Shown here: piece after piece, positions 1-10,185 of the stretch
Layout: each line of letters begins with the position of its first letter
Position numbering within the stretch: the stretch's first letter is position 1
Source: an uncultured Acidobacteriota bacterium
Lineage (GTDB): Bacteria > Acidobacteriota > Vicinamibacteria > Vicinamibacterales > UBA2999
DNA: 64,000 bases
Direction: 5' to 3'
Assembly: GCA_963784065.1 (NCBI GenBank)
Contig: CAWAQA010000004.1
Coordinates: forward strand, 341,087 to 405,086
The notes under the pieces: model-generated
Told to the model about the DNA's origin: nothing
The model's database searches: none
Seen by the model: the letters and a program-made list of their open reading frames with translations, nothing else
Position numbers and translations under genes: made by a program

Positions 1-1673
1 GACGAGCTGCGTCTTGGCCTGCCATGCAAGCTGGAACAGCGTGGGATAAAACGCGAGCGCCGGCACGACGAGGCCGAGCGTCATCATCGTCAGCCGGAAG
101 GCCTGCGAGCCGTGACGATACCGCCCCTTCAGCCGGCCGCCGTACATGGCGAGCACGACGGCCGCCGTCAACGCCAGCATCAGCGGAAGCTGTGCGGGAG
201 CCGGGGTGCCCGCCACCAGCTGCCACGCCACCAGCGGTGACGCCCACAGGACGATAGCGACCGCGCGGAGTTGCCAGTTGCGGCGCGGCACGATCCACGG
301 GATTGCCGCGAGCCGGATGATGAGGACGGCGCAGGCCAGCACCGTCGCATGCCAGACGATGAATCCAACCTGCAGAGCGATGCGAGGCGTGTCCCAGGGA
401 TGCAGGGAGAAGTGCAGCAGGTCGAGCGTCGTGTTGGCGATCGTGTCGCGGACGAGCGCCTGGTGGCCGAGCAGAAGGAGGGCGAGGCTGATGCCGGCGA
501 TCAGCTGCGTTGCAAAGTAGGCGATGACCCGCCCGGCCGTCGTCAGCGGGCGGCGGGCGTGCCAGAGAACCACGCGCGCCCCTTCGACGACGAAAAAGCC
601 GAGCGCGACCAGCCCGCCCGCCGTGACGGCGGTGAGCAGGAAGTCGAATGGCGACGTGAGGAGCGGCCGCAGCAGCGACGAGGCATAGGCCACGCTCGAA
701 AAGAGAGGAGAGCTGGACCAGTCGGCCGGCGAGGCGAGCAGGAGCACGAGACGGGTGCCGATGATAGCGAGCGCCGTCAGGATGACGGCCGTTGCGTAAC
801 GTGGCCGGGCGTCATGACGCCGGGCGGACCGGCTGCCGGCTGCATTGCGCCAGTCGAGAAGCGGTCCGACCATGACCACCAGCGTCAGGGCTATCGCGAC
901 CAGCGTGAGGGAGAGCGTGGCCCGGCGCCAGCGGTCGCGTGCGCGGGCGAGCTCCGCGGGATCCAGACGGGCGCGTCAGCAGCGGCTGGCCGGACGGGGC
1001 CGTGACTTCGAAGGCAGAGGCATCGGGTGTCGTCCGGACCGCCCTCGAACGGCAGGTCGATCGAAACAGGGGCAATGCGGGTGGGAAAGGAGGTCCCAAT
1101 CGCCCGCTCGGCGGCGATCGTACCGACCCGCCGCTCGGCGTCATCGGTGACCGGGGTGACATAGACCAGGCGCAGGCCCAGGGCTCCAGGGGCGAAGAAC
1201 CAGGCCTCGTCCCCGCCCACCCGGTCGGCCGGCAGCTCCGAGGGCCGCCCCGCCCAGGCCAGGGGCGCGCCGTCGGCGGTGTGGGCGGTGACCGCCAGCT
1301 CCCCCTCGTCTTCCCGGGTCAGGACCGCGGCCGCGGCGTCAAAAAGCCGGCGGGCTGCGGCCGAATCGCCCTCGCTGGCCGCGAGCAGCGTCGTGGCGTC
1401 GGCCACGCCTCCTGCGGCGTCACGCAGTTCGCGAGACATCGCATCCAGGTCCCGCCGCACGGCGGCTTCGACGCGTGAGCGTGCGGCGGCGTCGTCCCGG
1501 CCCAGCATCGCCCACTCGAGCACACGGCCGGCCGCGAACACGACGAGGGCGCAGAGCAGCGCCCGCCGCCGCCATTCGCGCCAGCCGGCGGCTCGGGAAA
1601 GTATCGGATCCGCCAGGCGCTCCGGGCAATCGCACGACTTCAAGAATACAATTGCCGTATCCCCATGTCGCAT
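1..1673 (-). pseudogene. polytopic membrane protein of unknown function (possibly sensor-type). This is the 5' part of a gene that runs off the left edge. The frame changes twice, near 1030 and 970.
   Basis: ORF 891..1673 gives a plausible N-terminus: one TM segment (ALLCALVVFAAG) followed by a ~200-aa soluble region. A short stretch in ORF 812..1162 (DASAFEVTAPSGQPLLT) links it to a third frame. My own translation of that frame on the minus strand is stop-free from about 966 to 1. It encodes several hydrophobic helices (LTLVAIALTLVVMVGPLL, AVILTALAIIGTRLVLLL, FLLTAVTAGGLVALGFFVV, IAYFATQLIAGISLALLLLG, VGFIVWHATVLACAVLIIRL). The ORF track omits it because no stop lies inside the window. Confidence 0.5.
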
Positions 1674-2667
1674 CGCGAGCTGCTGAAATCCGCATTGAAG
1701 CGGGGCGCGCTGATTGCCGCCGCCAACTGGCAGGTCACCCTTGTCCAGGCCACCAGCGATTCGCTGTTCAAGGTGCTGGTGGCGGTGCCGATCGTCGGGG
1801 GCGTGTTCCTTGTGGCGCTGGTGCTCGGCACCGAACCCGATGCCCTGATGTCGCTCGAGTGGCGCGACATGGCTGCGACGACTGTGGCCGCGCTGTTCTC
1901 ACACCCCGTGGTGCTCGCTGCCTTCCTCCTCGCCGTCGGCGTGGTCGGCGTCGGGGGCTCCCTGTTCGTCTTTCTCGTGAAGGCGGGCACTGTCGCGGTC
2001 CTCGTCAGGAGCGAGCGCGAAGCCGGGCCCATCGAAGATGCGCCGGTGCACATCGAGAGCCTGATGCGCGCGGCCCGCTTCTCGGTGGACTTCTTCATCG
2101 ACTCGTGCGGACGCTCTCTTCTCGCGATTCGCGCGCCTCGGGCTGATCCTGATGGCCGTGTATGCCGCTTCGGCGACGACGTACCTTGGCCTCGTGATGG
2201 CCAGCCGCTCGGCGGGAGAAAGCTGGGGCGTGACGGCGCTGTTCACAGCCGGTTTCGTGGCGTGGATCACGGTCGTCAACCTGCTGTACCTGCTGACGCA
2301 GATCGTCGTCGCCGCCGAGGATTGCAGCGTGGCCGCCGCGGCGCCGCGCGTCGTCGCGTTCCTTCGGCACGAGCGGGCCATGGTAATTCGCGTGTTCGTC
2401 GTGATTCTGGCGCTCGTGGTCGGCGCGACGGGGGCGTCCGTCGTCGCCGCTGGGCTGCTCAGCCTGATCTCATTCGTGCCGTTCGTGGGCCTGGCCGTCC
2501 TGCCGCTGCAACTGGTGGCGTGGGTGCTGCGCGCGCTGGTGTTCCAGTACATCGGGCTCACGTCGGTCGGCACGTATGTGAAGCTCTATCGTTCGTTTGC
2601 CGGCCAGGTTGTCGAGGGGCGGGTGAAGCCGGCCCCGGCGTACGGAGCGATTGTCAGGGCCGGCTGA
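1665..2667 (+). pseudogene. polytopic membrane protein, function unknown. One frame break near 2105.
   Basis: ORF 1665..2738 is hydrophobic and protein-like up to ...SVDFFIDSC. The sequence then continues in the frame of ORF 2152..2667 (DALFSRFARLGLILMAVYAASATTYLGLV... through four more TM helices). The remainder of the first ORF is Arg/Gly-rich noise. Confidence 0.5.
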
Positions 2668-2688
2668 CGGCTATCCCCGGTAACCACC

Positions 2689-3930
2689 ATGCCCGACTAC
2701 AGCAGTTTTCTCTCGCCCATGGGGCGCCAGCTCCATGAATCCGCCATCCGCCGCATGGGCACCGTCGTGGCGAAGACTCACGATCTCGTGTCGTTCGCGG
2801 CCGGTTACCCCGACTCGAAGGTGTTTCCGTGGGACGACCTGCGGGCAATCGCAAGTGAGCTGCTGACCGGGACGGACGGCACCGTCCTTCAGTACGGGCC
2901 GACGCGCGGCCATCGTCCGCTGCTCGAGGCCATCCTCGGAGTCCTCGATGGGCGCGGGATCAAGGCCGACCTCGATGAATTGATGATCACCAGCGGCTCG
3001 CAGCAGGGGCTGGACCTCGTCGCGCGCGTCCTCATCAGCCCGGGCGACGTCGTGCTCGTGGAGTTGCCAACCTACACTGGCGCGATCGCGGCGTTCAAGA
3101 ACATGCAGGCCAACCTTGTCGGCGTCAAGCAGGACGAGGATGGCATCAACCTCGACGACCTCGACGCCGTGCTGCAGCATCAGCGTGCGGCGGGCCGGAC
3201 GGTGAAGCTGCTGTACCTGGTGCCAAACTTTCAGAACCCCACGGGCCTCCTGCTCAGCCTCGTCAAGCGTCAGCGTCTCATTGAGTGGGCCGAGAAGCGG
3301 GACGTGCTGATCCTCGAAGACGATCCCTACGGCGTTCTGTATTTCGACGACGTGGCGGCCGAGGCGGAGACGCGGCCGATTCGTGCAGACGACGACCGCG
3401 GGCGCGTGATCTACCTGAGCACGTTCTCCAAGACGCTCGCCCCGGGGTTCCGGGTCGGCTGGGTGGCGGCGCCGCCGGCGCTCATCGAGCGGTTCGATAC
3501 GGCCAAGCAGTCGATCGATCTCACGTCGGGCATTCTCGACCAGCGCATCATCCTCGAGGCCGTGCGCCGCGGCGTGCCCGGGCGGATCGCCCCGCAGCTT
3601 CGCGAGCTCTATCGACGGAAGCGCGACGTCATGGAGCAGGCGCTTCGGGCCGAGCTCGGCGATCGCCTCACGTGGCCTGCGCCGAAGGGCGGGTTCTTCC
3701 TCTGGGCGACGCTGCCGGCGGGGCAGGACGACCTGTCGCTGCTCGAGCGCGCTCTGGAGCAGCGGCTGGTGTTCGTGATCGGCAGTGCGTTCTACGTGGA
3801 CGGCTCGGGGCACGACAAGATCCGGCTCTCATTCTCGGCGCCCCCGGCGGAGCGCCTCGTCGAGGGCGCGCGGCGGCTGGCCGCAGTCCTGCAGCCGGCG
3901 GTTGGTGCAGTGGGGGTCAGACCCCGGTGA
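2689..3930 (+). CDS. PLP-dependent aminotransferase, fold type I (class I/II, 2-aminoadipate/aromatic transaminase-like)
   Basis: Intact 413-aa ORF with family hallmarks: ITSGSQQGLDL, LVELPTYTGA, LLYLVPNFQNPTG, DVLILEDDPYG, and YLSTFSKTLAPGFRVGW (PLP-lysine context). Confidence 0.85.
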   Translation: MPDYSSFLSPMGRQLHESAIRRMGTVVAKTHDLVSFAAGYPDSKVFPWDDLRAIASELLTGTDGTVLQYGPTRGHRPLLEAILGVLDGRGIKADLDELMITSGSQQGLDLVARVLISPGDVVLVELPTYTGAIAAFKNMQANLVGVKQDEDGINLDDLDAVLQHQRAAGRTVKLLYLVPNFQNPTGLLLSLVKRQRLIEWAEKRDVLILEDDPYGVLYFDDVAAEAETRPIRADDDRGRVIYLSTFSKTLAPGFRVGWVAAPPALIERFDTAKQSIDLTSGILDQRIILEAVRRGVPGRIAPQLRELYRRKRDVMEQALRAELGDRLTWPAPKGGFFLWATLPAGQDDLSLLERALEQRLVFVIGSAFYVDGSGHDKIRLSFSAPPAERLVEGARRLAAVLQPAVGAVGVRPR

Positions 3931-3959
3931 TGAACGTGGCAATGGGTTGAGTCGCCCCA

Positions 3960-5069
3960 CTACAGGGGCCTGACCCCAAGGATCCCCGCCAGAAGCAGGA
4001 CCGTGGCCAATGCCCCGGCCACCTGCCACGCCAGCTGCGTGCGCTTGCGGAGCGTGAGCGTGCCGAGGCACAGGACCAGGGCGGCGGCCATCAGCGCCCG
4101 GCGATACAGCTCCTCGAAGGTCGCGACTTCTTGTGTGAGGTCCGATCGCCGGGTCACCCGATCGAGAATCCTGAACGCCACAACCCGGTCGGGCTCGGTG
4201 CCGACCTCGAAATACTCGCCTCCGCCCGCTGCGGCGATCCGCGCGAGCGACGGCCGGTCGAGCGCCGAGCGGACGAGCGGCGGCGGACGTGTGCCGTCGG
4301 CGCGCGCCGGCTCCGGGATCATTCCGCCGCTGGTCGTGCCGATGCCCACCACGAAGACGGGGATATTGCGCACGCGCGCGGCCTCGAGCGCCGTCGCCAC
4401 GGTACCGCTCCACGCCTGGCCGTCGGAGATCACGACGAACGCCTTGGGATTGCCGCTGGCGCCGAACAGCTGTTCGTCCTGCTCCACGATCCGGAGTCCC
4501 CAGCGGATCCCTTCCTCGATGTTCGTATCCCACGTCGGCACGCTTTCGAGCGGGAAGGGCGAACGATCGCCGAGGTGATCGAGGAAGAAGAAGAGCGCGT
4601 TGGGATCGGTCGTGAGCCGTACCTGAGGCGCCGCGAGCTGCGCGAACAGGGCGAGCGCCACCCGGTCGCCCTGCCAGCTCAGTGCCTCCGCGAACGTGCG
4701 AAGGAACTGGATCGATCGCCGCCAGCGGTCGGGACGGACATCGGCGACATACATCGACGCCGAGCCATCCTGAAGGATGACGATGTCCGTGTTCGCTTTC
4801 CGCAACGCCGACACGCGCGCCTGCGGCCGCGCGAGCGCCGCGATGCCGAGGCTGGCCGCGACGATCACCGACAACCAGAAGGCGAGGTCGCCTGCGACCG
4901 CATAGCGTTCGCGAACCGGCACGATGCGACGCGCCACGAGGCGGCGGACGTCGGCGCGCCGGCGGAGGAGACGCCAGCCGAGGAGCAGCAGCAACGCTGC
5001 CGGAACCGTCAGCAGCCACAGCCAGACAGGCTCGGCGAAGCGGAAGGTGTCCAATTCGACTCGCGGCAC
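3960..5069 (-). CDS. VWA domain-containing membrane protein (BatA/BatB-like)
   Basis: Two N-terminal TM helices (VWLWLLTVPAALLLLLGW; LAFWLSVIVAASLGIAALA). MIDAS-type start DIVILQDGSASM. FVVISDGQAW and VFVVGIGT. A C-terminal TM helix. Last gene of the MoxR/DUF58 operon. Confidence 0.8.
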   Translation of the reverse strand: MPRVELDTFRFAEPVWLWLLTVPAALLLLLGWRLLRRRADVRRLVARRIVPVRERYAVAGDLAFWLSVIVAASLGIAALARPQARVSALRKANTDIVILQDGSASMYVADVRPDRWRRSIQFLRTFAEALSWQGDRVALALFAQLAAPQVRLTTDPNALFFFLDHLGDRSPFPLESVPTWDTNIEEGIRWGLRIVEQDEQLFGASGNPKAFVVISDGQAWSGTVATALEAARVRNIPVFVVGIGTTSGGMIPEPARADGTRPPPLVRSALDRPSLARIAAAGGGEYFEVGTEPDRVVAFRILDRVTRRSDLTQEVATFEELYRRALMAAALVLCLGTLTLRKRTQLAWQVAGALATVLLLAGILGVRPL

Positions 5070-5078
5070 ATGGACGCC

Positions 5079-5766
5079 TCAGCCCTTGCGCGTACCGGGA
5101 GGGGCCTTTGCCGCGTCGCCGCCGGTCGGCCTGCTGTCCCCGCTGTCCAGCGGGATGTAGAGCTCGAACCGTTCCTTCGTCGCCGCCGTTGGCGCGCCCT
5201 GCTCACCAAGATCGACGTCCGCGCCTTTCTCTGGAACCGCCGCCCGGCGCCCCTTGGCCACGTCATCGCGGAACCTGGCCGTGTACTCGTAGTTGTAAGC
5301 CGCGTCGCGCAGCCACGTGTCGGCCCGGAGGACCGTCCCGTAGCGGGCGACGGCGGCGTCGAGCGCCTGTTGCGTCGCGGCCCGGTCCTTCGCCTGCGCC
5401 AGGCCGGCGCGATACCCGGCGTTCGCCACCACCAGTTGCAGGTCGGCGGGAGGCTCGTCTTCCGCGGCGGCGGCGTCCGCCTGGCCCGGCGCGAGGCTGT
5501 CGAACTCGTCCTGCCAGTACCGGAGGGCGGCCTGCCGGACACGCATCTCGTCCCGGAAAGCCGCTTCCGAGCATCGGCACCCAGTCGGCATACCCCGCGT
5601 AACCGGCGGCCGCATCGAGGCTTTGTTGCGCCCTGTCGAACTGGAGCGTGGCCGTCTGCTCGTGTACGTCTGCGAGATGTCCTTCGATCCGCGAGACGGC
5701 CACGCAGAGGGCGCCCGCCGCGGCAAGGATCAACGCGGCCAGCACGAATGCGGAAAACCTCTTCAT
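5079..5766 (-). pseudogene. small membrane-anchored protein of the Bat-like operon, function unknown. One frame break near 5572.
   Basis: Starts MKRFSAFVLAALILAAAGALCVAV in ORF 5263..5784. It reads sensibly to ...YAGYADWVPM, then continues in ORF 5079..5726 (SEAAFRDEMRVRQAALRYWQDEF...YNYEYTARF...). It sits between the two VWA genes, where BatC-like proteins are found. Confidence 0.45.
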
Positions 5767-5805
5767 ATCGTCACCTCGGCACAATCCCCTGCGAGCTGAG
5801 ACACA

Positions 5806-6903
5806 TCATGGAAACGTTCGAAACGTCCGGACGCCAAGTGTCAGCAGTGCCGCCGACAGCCACAACGCCACCGCGGCAAGGAGGTACGCGGCGAACCGCG
5901 GACGCTCCACGCTGTATTCACGCACCTCAATCCGTCCGGGAGACAACCGATCGATGTCCGCAAGCGCACGCGTGATGGAGGCGTCGTCGTACGCGGCGTA
6001 AAAACGGCCGCCGGTCCGCTCGACCGCGTCCTTCCACAGCTTGTCCTCGCGGATCTCGCCTTCCTTGAGATTGAAGGCGGTGCGAACCATGTAGACCGGA
6101 ATACGGAACGCACGCGCATCCGCGATCAGCCGTTCGAGCGGGCGGCCCTCCTGGTTGAGTTCCGAGTCGCGACCGTCCGTGAAGAGAATCATCAGGTTTC
6201 CCGACGCGTTGACGAAGTCGAACGTCCGGAAGAGCCGCATGCCCTGGTCGATACCTTCGACAATCGTGGTCCCGAAATCATTGAACCGCCCCCATTCGCG
6301 CGGATCGCTGATGAGACGGATGCTCAACCGGACGCTCTGATAGTCGGTCGTGAACGGCGTGACGACGTATGCCTGGTTGCCGAACTGGATGAGGGCCACG
6401 AGATCGCGATAGGGACCGTCGATGCGGCGCTGGATGAAGTACTCGGCCGCGGCGACAGCCGTGAAAAAGGTCGACTCTCCGCGCGTGCGGAGGCTGGTGG
6501 CGCCGTATTTCATCACCATGCTCCCCGATGCATCGACGAGCAGGGCGACGCGGCGACCCGGGTACGACACCTCTTCCTGCGTGAAGCCGGTATGCGGATC
6601 GGCGAGCGCGATGGCGAAGAGCGGCAACCCGGCGAGGAACAGCAGCATCGGCAGGTGCCGCAGCCCGGCGAGCGGCGCCCGGCGAATGACGGGCAGAAGG
6701 GCGGGGAAGACGACGTGCGTGCGGCCTGCGCGGCTCGTCCGCGCCACGCTGACGATGAGCGCCAGCGCCGCAATCGCGAGCAGTATGACGAAGACCAGCA
6801 GCGCCGCGCGCGGTTCGGCGAACCGGAGCTCGCTCCAGCGCGTGCGCAGCCCTTCATCGGCAACGGCGCGGACCGCGATCAGCAGGCTCTGGAGCTGGTC
6901 CAC
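5806..6903 (-). CDS. VWA domain-containing membrane protein (BatA-like)
   Basis: Only the C-terminal 366 codons of ORF 5806..7572 look like protein. The likely GTG start at 6903 lies right after the upstream stop (6905-6907). TM helices LLVFVILLAIAALALIV and LPMLLFLAGLPLFAIAL. MIDAS motif LLVDASGSM. ILFTDGRDSE. C-terminal TM AAYLLAAVALWLSAALL. Confidence 0.8.
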   Translation of the reverse strand: MDQLQSLLIAVRAVADEGLRTRWSELRFAEPRAALLVFVILLAIAALALIVSVARTSRAGRTHVVFPALLPVIRRAPLAGLRHLPMLLFLAGLPLFAIALADPHTGFTQEEVSYPGRRVALLVDASGSMVMKYGATSLRTRGESTFFTAVAAAEYFIQRRIDGPYRDLVALIQFGNQAYVVTPFTTDYQSVRLSIRLISDPREWGRFNDFGTTIVEGIDQGMRLFRTFDFVNASGNLMILFTDGRDSELNQEGRPLERLIADARAFRIPVYMVRTAFNLKEGEIREDKLWKDAVERTGGRFYAAYDDASITRALADIDRLSPGRIEVREYSVERPRFAAYLLAAVALWLSAALLTLGVRTFRTFP

Positions 6904-6904
6904 A

Positions 6905-8077
6905 TCAGAACCCCGTGAACGACCGCGCGATCGACTGCACGGCGCGCATCGGCCAGCGCGTGTACACGCGCAGCCGCCGTACGGCGCTGGAGCCGTCCTC
7001 GAGCGCGGCATCGAGCGCAGCCTTGTCAACGAGCCCATTGCGACTGTAACGAGCCGCACTGAAGGTCTGAAGCGCATCGCCAAGCTGACCGAGCGAGAGG
7101 CGCATGCGCGATCCCGACGTGTAGCCGTGTCCAAGGTGCGCGGCAAGCACCTTCGGCGTGGTCGGCGCCGACAGCACCGCACGCCGGCGGCGGACGAGGC
7201 CGGTGCGGATGACAAGCTGGCCGTCACGCTCCGCCACGTCGCGGGCCACGAAATCCTGCGAGACGCGCCGCCCGGCTGCGACGGCCGCCGCAATCCTGAA
7301 CACAGCCAGCGCCCGCCGGACGAGCGCCGGCGTCCAGCCGCCCCGCGCCTCGGTCCTGACGTCGGACAGGGCCCCCAGACATCCACGCAGCAGCGACGGC
7401 ACCGGGAGCGGCAGCGGCACGTCTTCCTTGCGGCGCAACCGCCGCGCGCCGCGCGCCACGGCCAGGCCGGCGAACAGCGCGGCGAAGGCGAAGCAGATGC
7501 CGGCGGCGACGAGCGCCGCGGATGAGCGGAAGCGGCGTGACGCGCTCGCCGCAAAAGTGTCGGCCGAGGCATCGCGGATGTCAGTCGCGTTGCGCGGGAC
7601 GAGCGAGAGGATGCGCATGGGGAGCGGCGGCAGCACGTATCCCAGATCGCGGCCCTGTGCGCCGCCGCCCGGCGCCTGCACGTTGTACGTGACGGTCAGC
7701 GCGGGAATCGTCACGTCCTGCCCGAAGAACCCTTCGCTGAGCAGGCGGACGTCGTAGGCGAACTGGACGTACCGCCACGGAGCTGCCACCACATCCTCGA
7801 GCCGCTGGCCGCTGACCACCTCGAACGGCGCTATCGACAGCGCGCCGGGCTCGAGCTGGTTGACCGCCGGGACGACGGTGATGCCGTTGGTTTCGATGAC
7901 GCCGCACGTGAGCAGGAGCATGAACCGCTCGCCCACGCCGACCGCGCTGGTATCGGTCTTCCACCAGCAGCGGATTGGATCGGACCGGACGCCGGCCTCA
8001 CCTTGGGCAGACGCGATCGGCGTCCCGATCGCGAGCATCGACGCCACCGCCGCCCCCGTGATCCAGTGTTTGTCCAT
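6905..8077 (-). CDS. BatD-like secreted/membrane protein (hypothetical)
   Basis: Intact 390-aa ORF. Signal peptide MDKHWITGAAVASMLAIGTPIASAQ. Central TM AALVAAGICFAFAALFAGLAV. It lies between the DUF58 and VWA genes. I see no diagnostic motif, so the call rests on context. Confidence 0.5.
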   Translation of the reverse strand: MDKHWITGAAVASMLAIGTPIASAQGEAGVRSDPIRCWWKTDTSAVGVGERFMLLLTCGVIETNGITVVPAVNQLEPGALSIAPFEVVSGQRLEDVVAAPWRYVQFAYDVRLLSEGFFGQDVTIPALTVTYNVQAPGGGAQGRDLGYVLPPLPMRILSLVPRNATDIRDASADTFAASASRRFRSSAALVAAGICFAFAALFAGLAVARGARRLRRKEDVPLPLPVPSLLRGCLGALSDVRTEARGGWTPALVRRALAVFRIAAAVAAGRRVSQDFVARDVAERDGQLVIRTGLVRRRRAVLSAPTTPKVLAAHLGHGYTSGSRMRLSLGQLGDALQTFSAARYSRNGLVDKAALDAALEDGSSAVRRLRVYTRWPMRAVQSIARSFTGF

Positions 8078-8080
8078 CGC

Positions 8081-9052
8081 TCACATCTTCCGAAGGCGCC
8101 GCTCCGCGGCAAACGCCGCCAGCGCCGTTTCCATTTCCCACCGATCGAGCCCGACGCGCACGACGTCCAGGCCGGCGCCGCGCGCCATCCGGATGACGTC
8201 CTCCTGCCAGGCGCCGACCCGATCGCCAAGGCGGTGCAGTTCGCGCCGGGACAGGACGCGCGTTTCCCCGGTCTCCACGTCGAACGCCTCGATCCAGCCG
8301 GCGGACACGTCTGGCAGCTCGTATGCGAACCGCACGTCGGCCATCAGGAGGAACACGTCGTGCACGGCATTCAACGACGAGAGCTCGGCGATGAGCTGCG
8401 CCGCGCCGGAAAAGAGGAAATCGGAGATGACCGGGATCATCGCCGATTTCCGGAGCTGGCTCTCGATGGCGGTCGCGATCGCCGAACTTCCGTGGCCCGG
8501 GCCTTCGGGATGCGCTCCGGCAACGGGCAGGGCGCGCGCCGTGTGTCCATCGTGGCCGATCGTGACGCGGTTCGCAACGGCGTCACGGTAGAGGTCCAGG
8601 CAATACAGCAGGTGCGAGCGCCCGATCCGGGGACGCGCCGCGGCGACCGGCTGCAGCGCGCCATCGAAGGCGACGAAGCCGAACATGTCCTGGAAGAACG
8701 TGGCGGAGAGTCCCACTGCGGCCACGCCGCGTGCGATGGCGGTGGCGATGGTCAGGCCGTCGAGGCCGCAGCGCGTCGAGAGCGACGCGTCGGCGACGGC
8801 GACGATCGTCGCGGTGCTGTCCTGCTCGAGCTCGCGCGTGACGAGCGGACTGAAGTTCGTGATCGACGACTGCGCCCAGTCGATCGACGTCACGCGGTCG
8901 CCGGGCTGCCAGTCGCGCAGGCCGACGAAGTTGAAGCCGCCACCCTTGAACACGCTGGCATGATCGCCGAGCGTGAACTCCTTCATTCGCTTGAGGATGA
9001 ACAGCTCGATCTCGGCGATCTCGCTCAACGTGACGAGCGTGTCTCCGGTCAC
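8081..9052 (-). CDS. DUF58 domain-containing protein (MoxR-associated)
   Basis: Intact 323-aa ORF with the DUF58 core FKGGGFNFVGLRDWQPGDRVTSIDW. It overlaps the moxR stop by 4 nt. Confidence 0.8.
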   Translation of the reverse strand: MTGDTLVTLSEIAEIELFILKRMKEFTLGDHASVFKGGGFNFVGLRDWQPGDRVTSIDWAQSSITNFSPLVTRELEQDSTATIVAVADASLSTRCGLDGLTIATAIARGVAAVGLSATFFQDMFGFVAFDGALQPVAAARPRIGRSHLLYCLDLYRDAVANRVTIGHDGHTARALPVAGAHPEGPGHGSSAIATAIESQLRKSAMIPVISDFLFSGAAQLIAELSSLNAVHDVFLLMADVRFAYELPDVSAGWIEAFDVETGETRVLSRRELHRLGDRVGAWQEDVIRMARGAGLDVVRVGLDRWEMETALAAFAAERRLRKM

Positions 9053-10107
9053 GGCACCGGCACCCTGTCTATGACGTCGTCAATGACCATGTCTACCGTC
9101 ACACCGTGGCTCGCCGCGTGCGGCCCGAGCCAGACGCGGTGGCTGAGCACGTACTTCGCCAGGTCCTGCACGTCCTCCGGATACACTTCCGAGCGGCCAC
9201 CCAGCAGCAGCGCCCACACCTTCACCAGCCGGCCCCAGCAGATCGTGGCGCGCGGCGACGCGCCGAGGTCCACGCACTGTTCGACCAGCGCCGCCGGCGA
9301 TCGATGATGCCATGCGCTCTCGGCGTTGTACGGACGCGTGGCGCCGACCAGCCGCCGGATGTACTTCGCGAGCGCCCCGTGCAGGAACACCTCGCGCGTG
9401 ATGGCGCCGCGCAGCTCGATGATCCGTTCCTTGCGCACGAGCGGGTTGAGGTGCACGCGCTTGAAGTCGAAGCTGACCAGCTTCTCCTCCTCCGCCGGCG
9501 TCAGGTAAGGGATGTTGAGCATGATCGCGAACCGGTCGGTCGCCGCCTCGGACAGGGGAAACGTGCCCTGCCCGAGCTCCACCGGGTTCATCGTGGCGAT
9601 CGCGAAACTGAACGGCTGCAGCTCGTAGGTCGTCTTGCCCACGGTGATGGTGCGGTCCTGCAGCCCCTCGAGGAACGCACTCTGGGACTTCAGCGGGATG
9701 CGGTTGATTTCGTCGAGCAGGATGATTTCGCCCGAGGCAAGCGGACCGAACTCCGTCACGAGCTCCCCGGTCGCCGGATTGATCATCTGGAAGCCGACGA
9801 TCTCGGTCGGCTGCAGGTCCGCCCGGCCCTGCAGGCGTGCGAACTTCGCGTTGCTGATGGCGGCGAGGATGACGCCGAAGAACGTCTTCCCCACGCCCGG
9901 AACCCCGCGCAGCAGCAGGTTCCCGGCGTTGACCTGGCGGTTCTGGTTCTTGTCGTAGGTCGTCGGAATCTCCGAGAGCAGGACCACGTTGGCGAGCGCC
10001 TTCTCGGTCTCGTAGCCAACCAGCGCGTTGCTGGCTTCAGCAAGGATTTGTCTGTGCAGATCGATCGCTTCCTGAAGCTCCGGATGCATGGAGCCCGAAT
10101 CATACAA
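9049..10107 (-). CDS. MoxR-family AAA+ ATPase
   Basis: Intact 352-aa ORF. Walker A LLRGVPGVGKTF. Walker B IILLDEINR. It also carries FSFAIATMNPVELGQGTFPLSEAATDRF, which is typical of MoxR. Confidence 0.9.
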   Translation of the reverse strand: MYDSGSMHPELQEAIDLHRQILAEASNALVGYETEKALANVVLLSEIPTTYDKNQNRQVNAGNLLLRGVPGVGKTFFGVILAAISNAKFARLQGRADLQPTEIVGFQMINPATGELVTEFGPLASGEIILLDEINRIPLKSQSAFLEGLQDRTITVGKTTYELQPFSFAIATMNPVELGQGTFPLSEAATDRFAIMLNIPYLTPAEEEKLVSFDFKRVHLNPLVRKERIIELRGAITREVFLHGALAKYIRRLVGATRPYNAESAWHHRSPAALVEQCVDLGASPRATICWGRLVKVWALLLGGRSEVYPEDVQDLAKYVLSHRVWLGPHAASHGVTVDMVIDDVIDRVPVP

Positions 10108-10121
10108 GAGGGGAGGGCACA

Positions 10122-10139
10122 GGCACGACGGCTCGTGCC
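10122..10139 (-). terminator. hairpin ggcacga-cggc-tcgtgcc downstream of the beta-propeller gene
   Basis: A 7-bp perfect stem seen in the sequence, 47 nt after the stop at 10186. A weak pyrimidine-rich tail follows on the minus strand. No clear U-tract. Confidence 0.35.
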
Positions 10140-10185
10140 GGCGCAGCCGACGGAAACGTCATACCGCGGTCCCGAGTGAGTCAGC

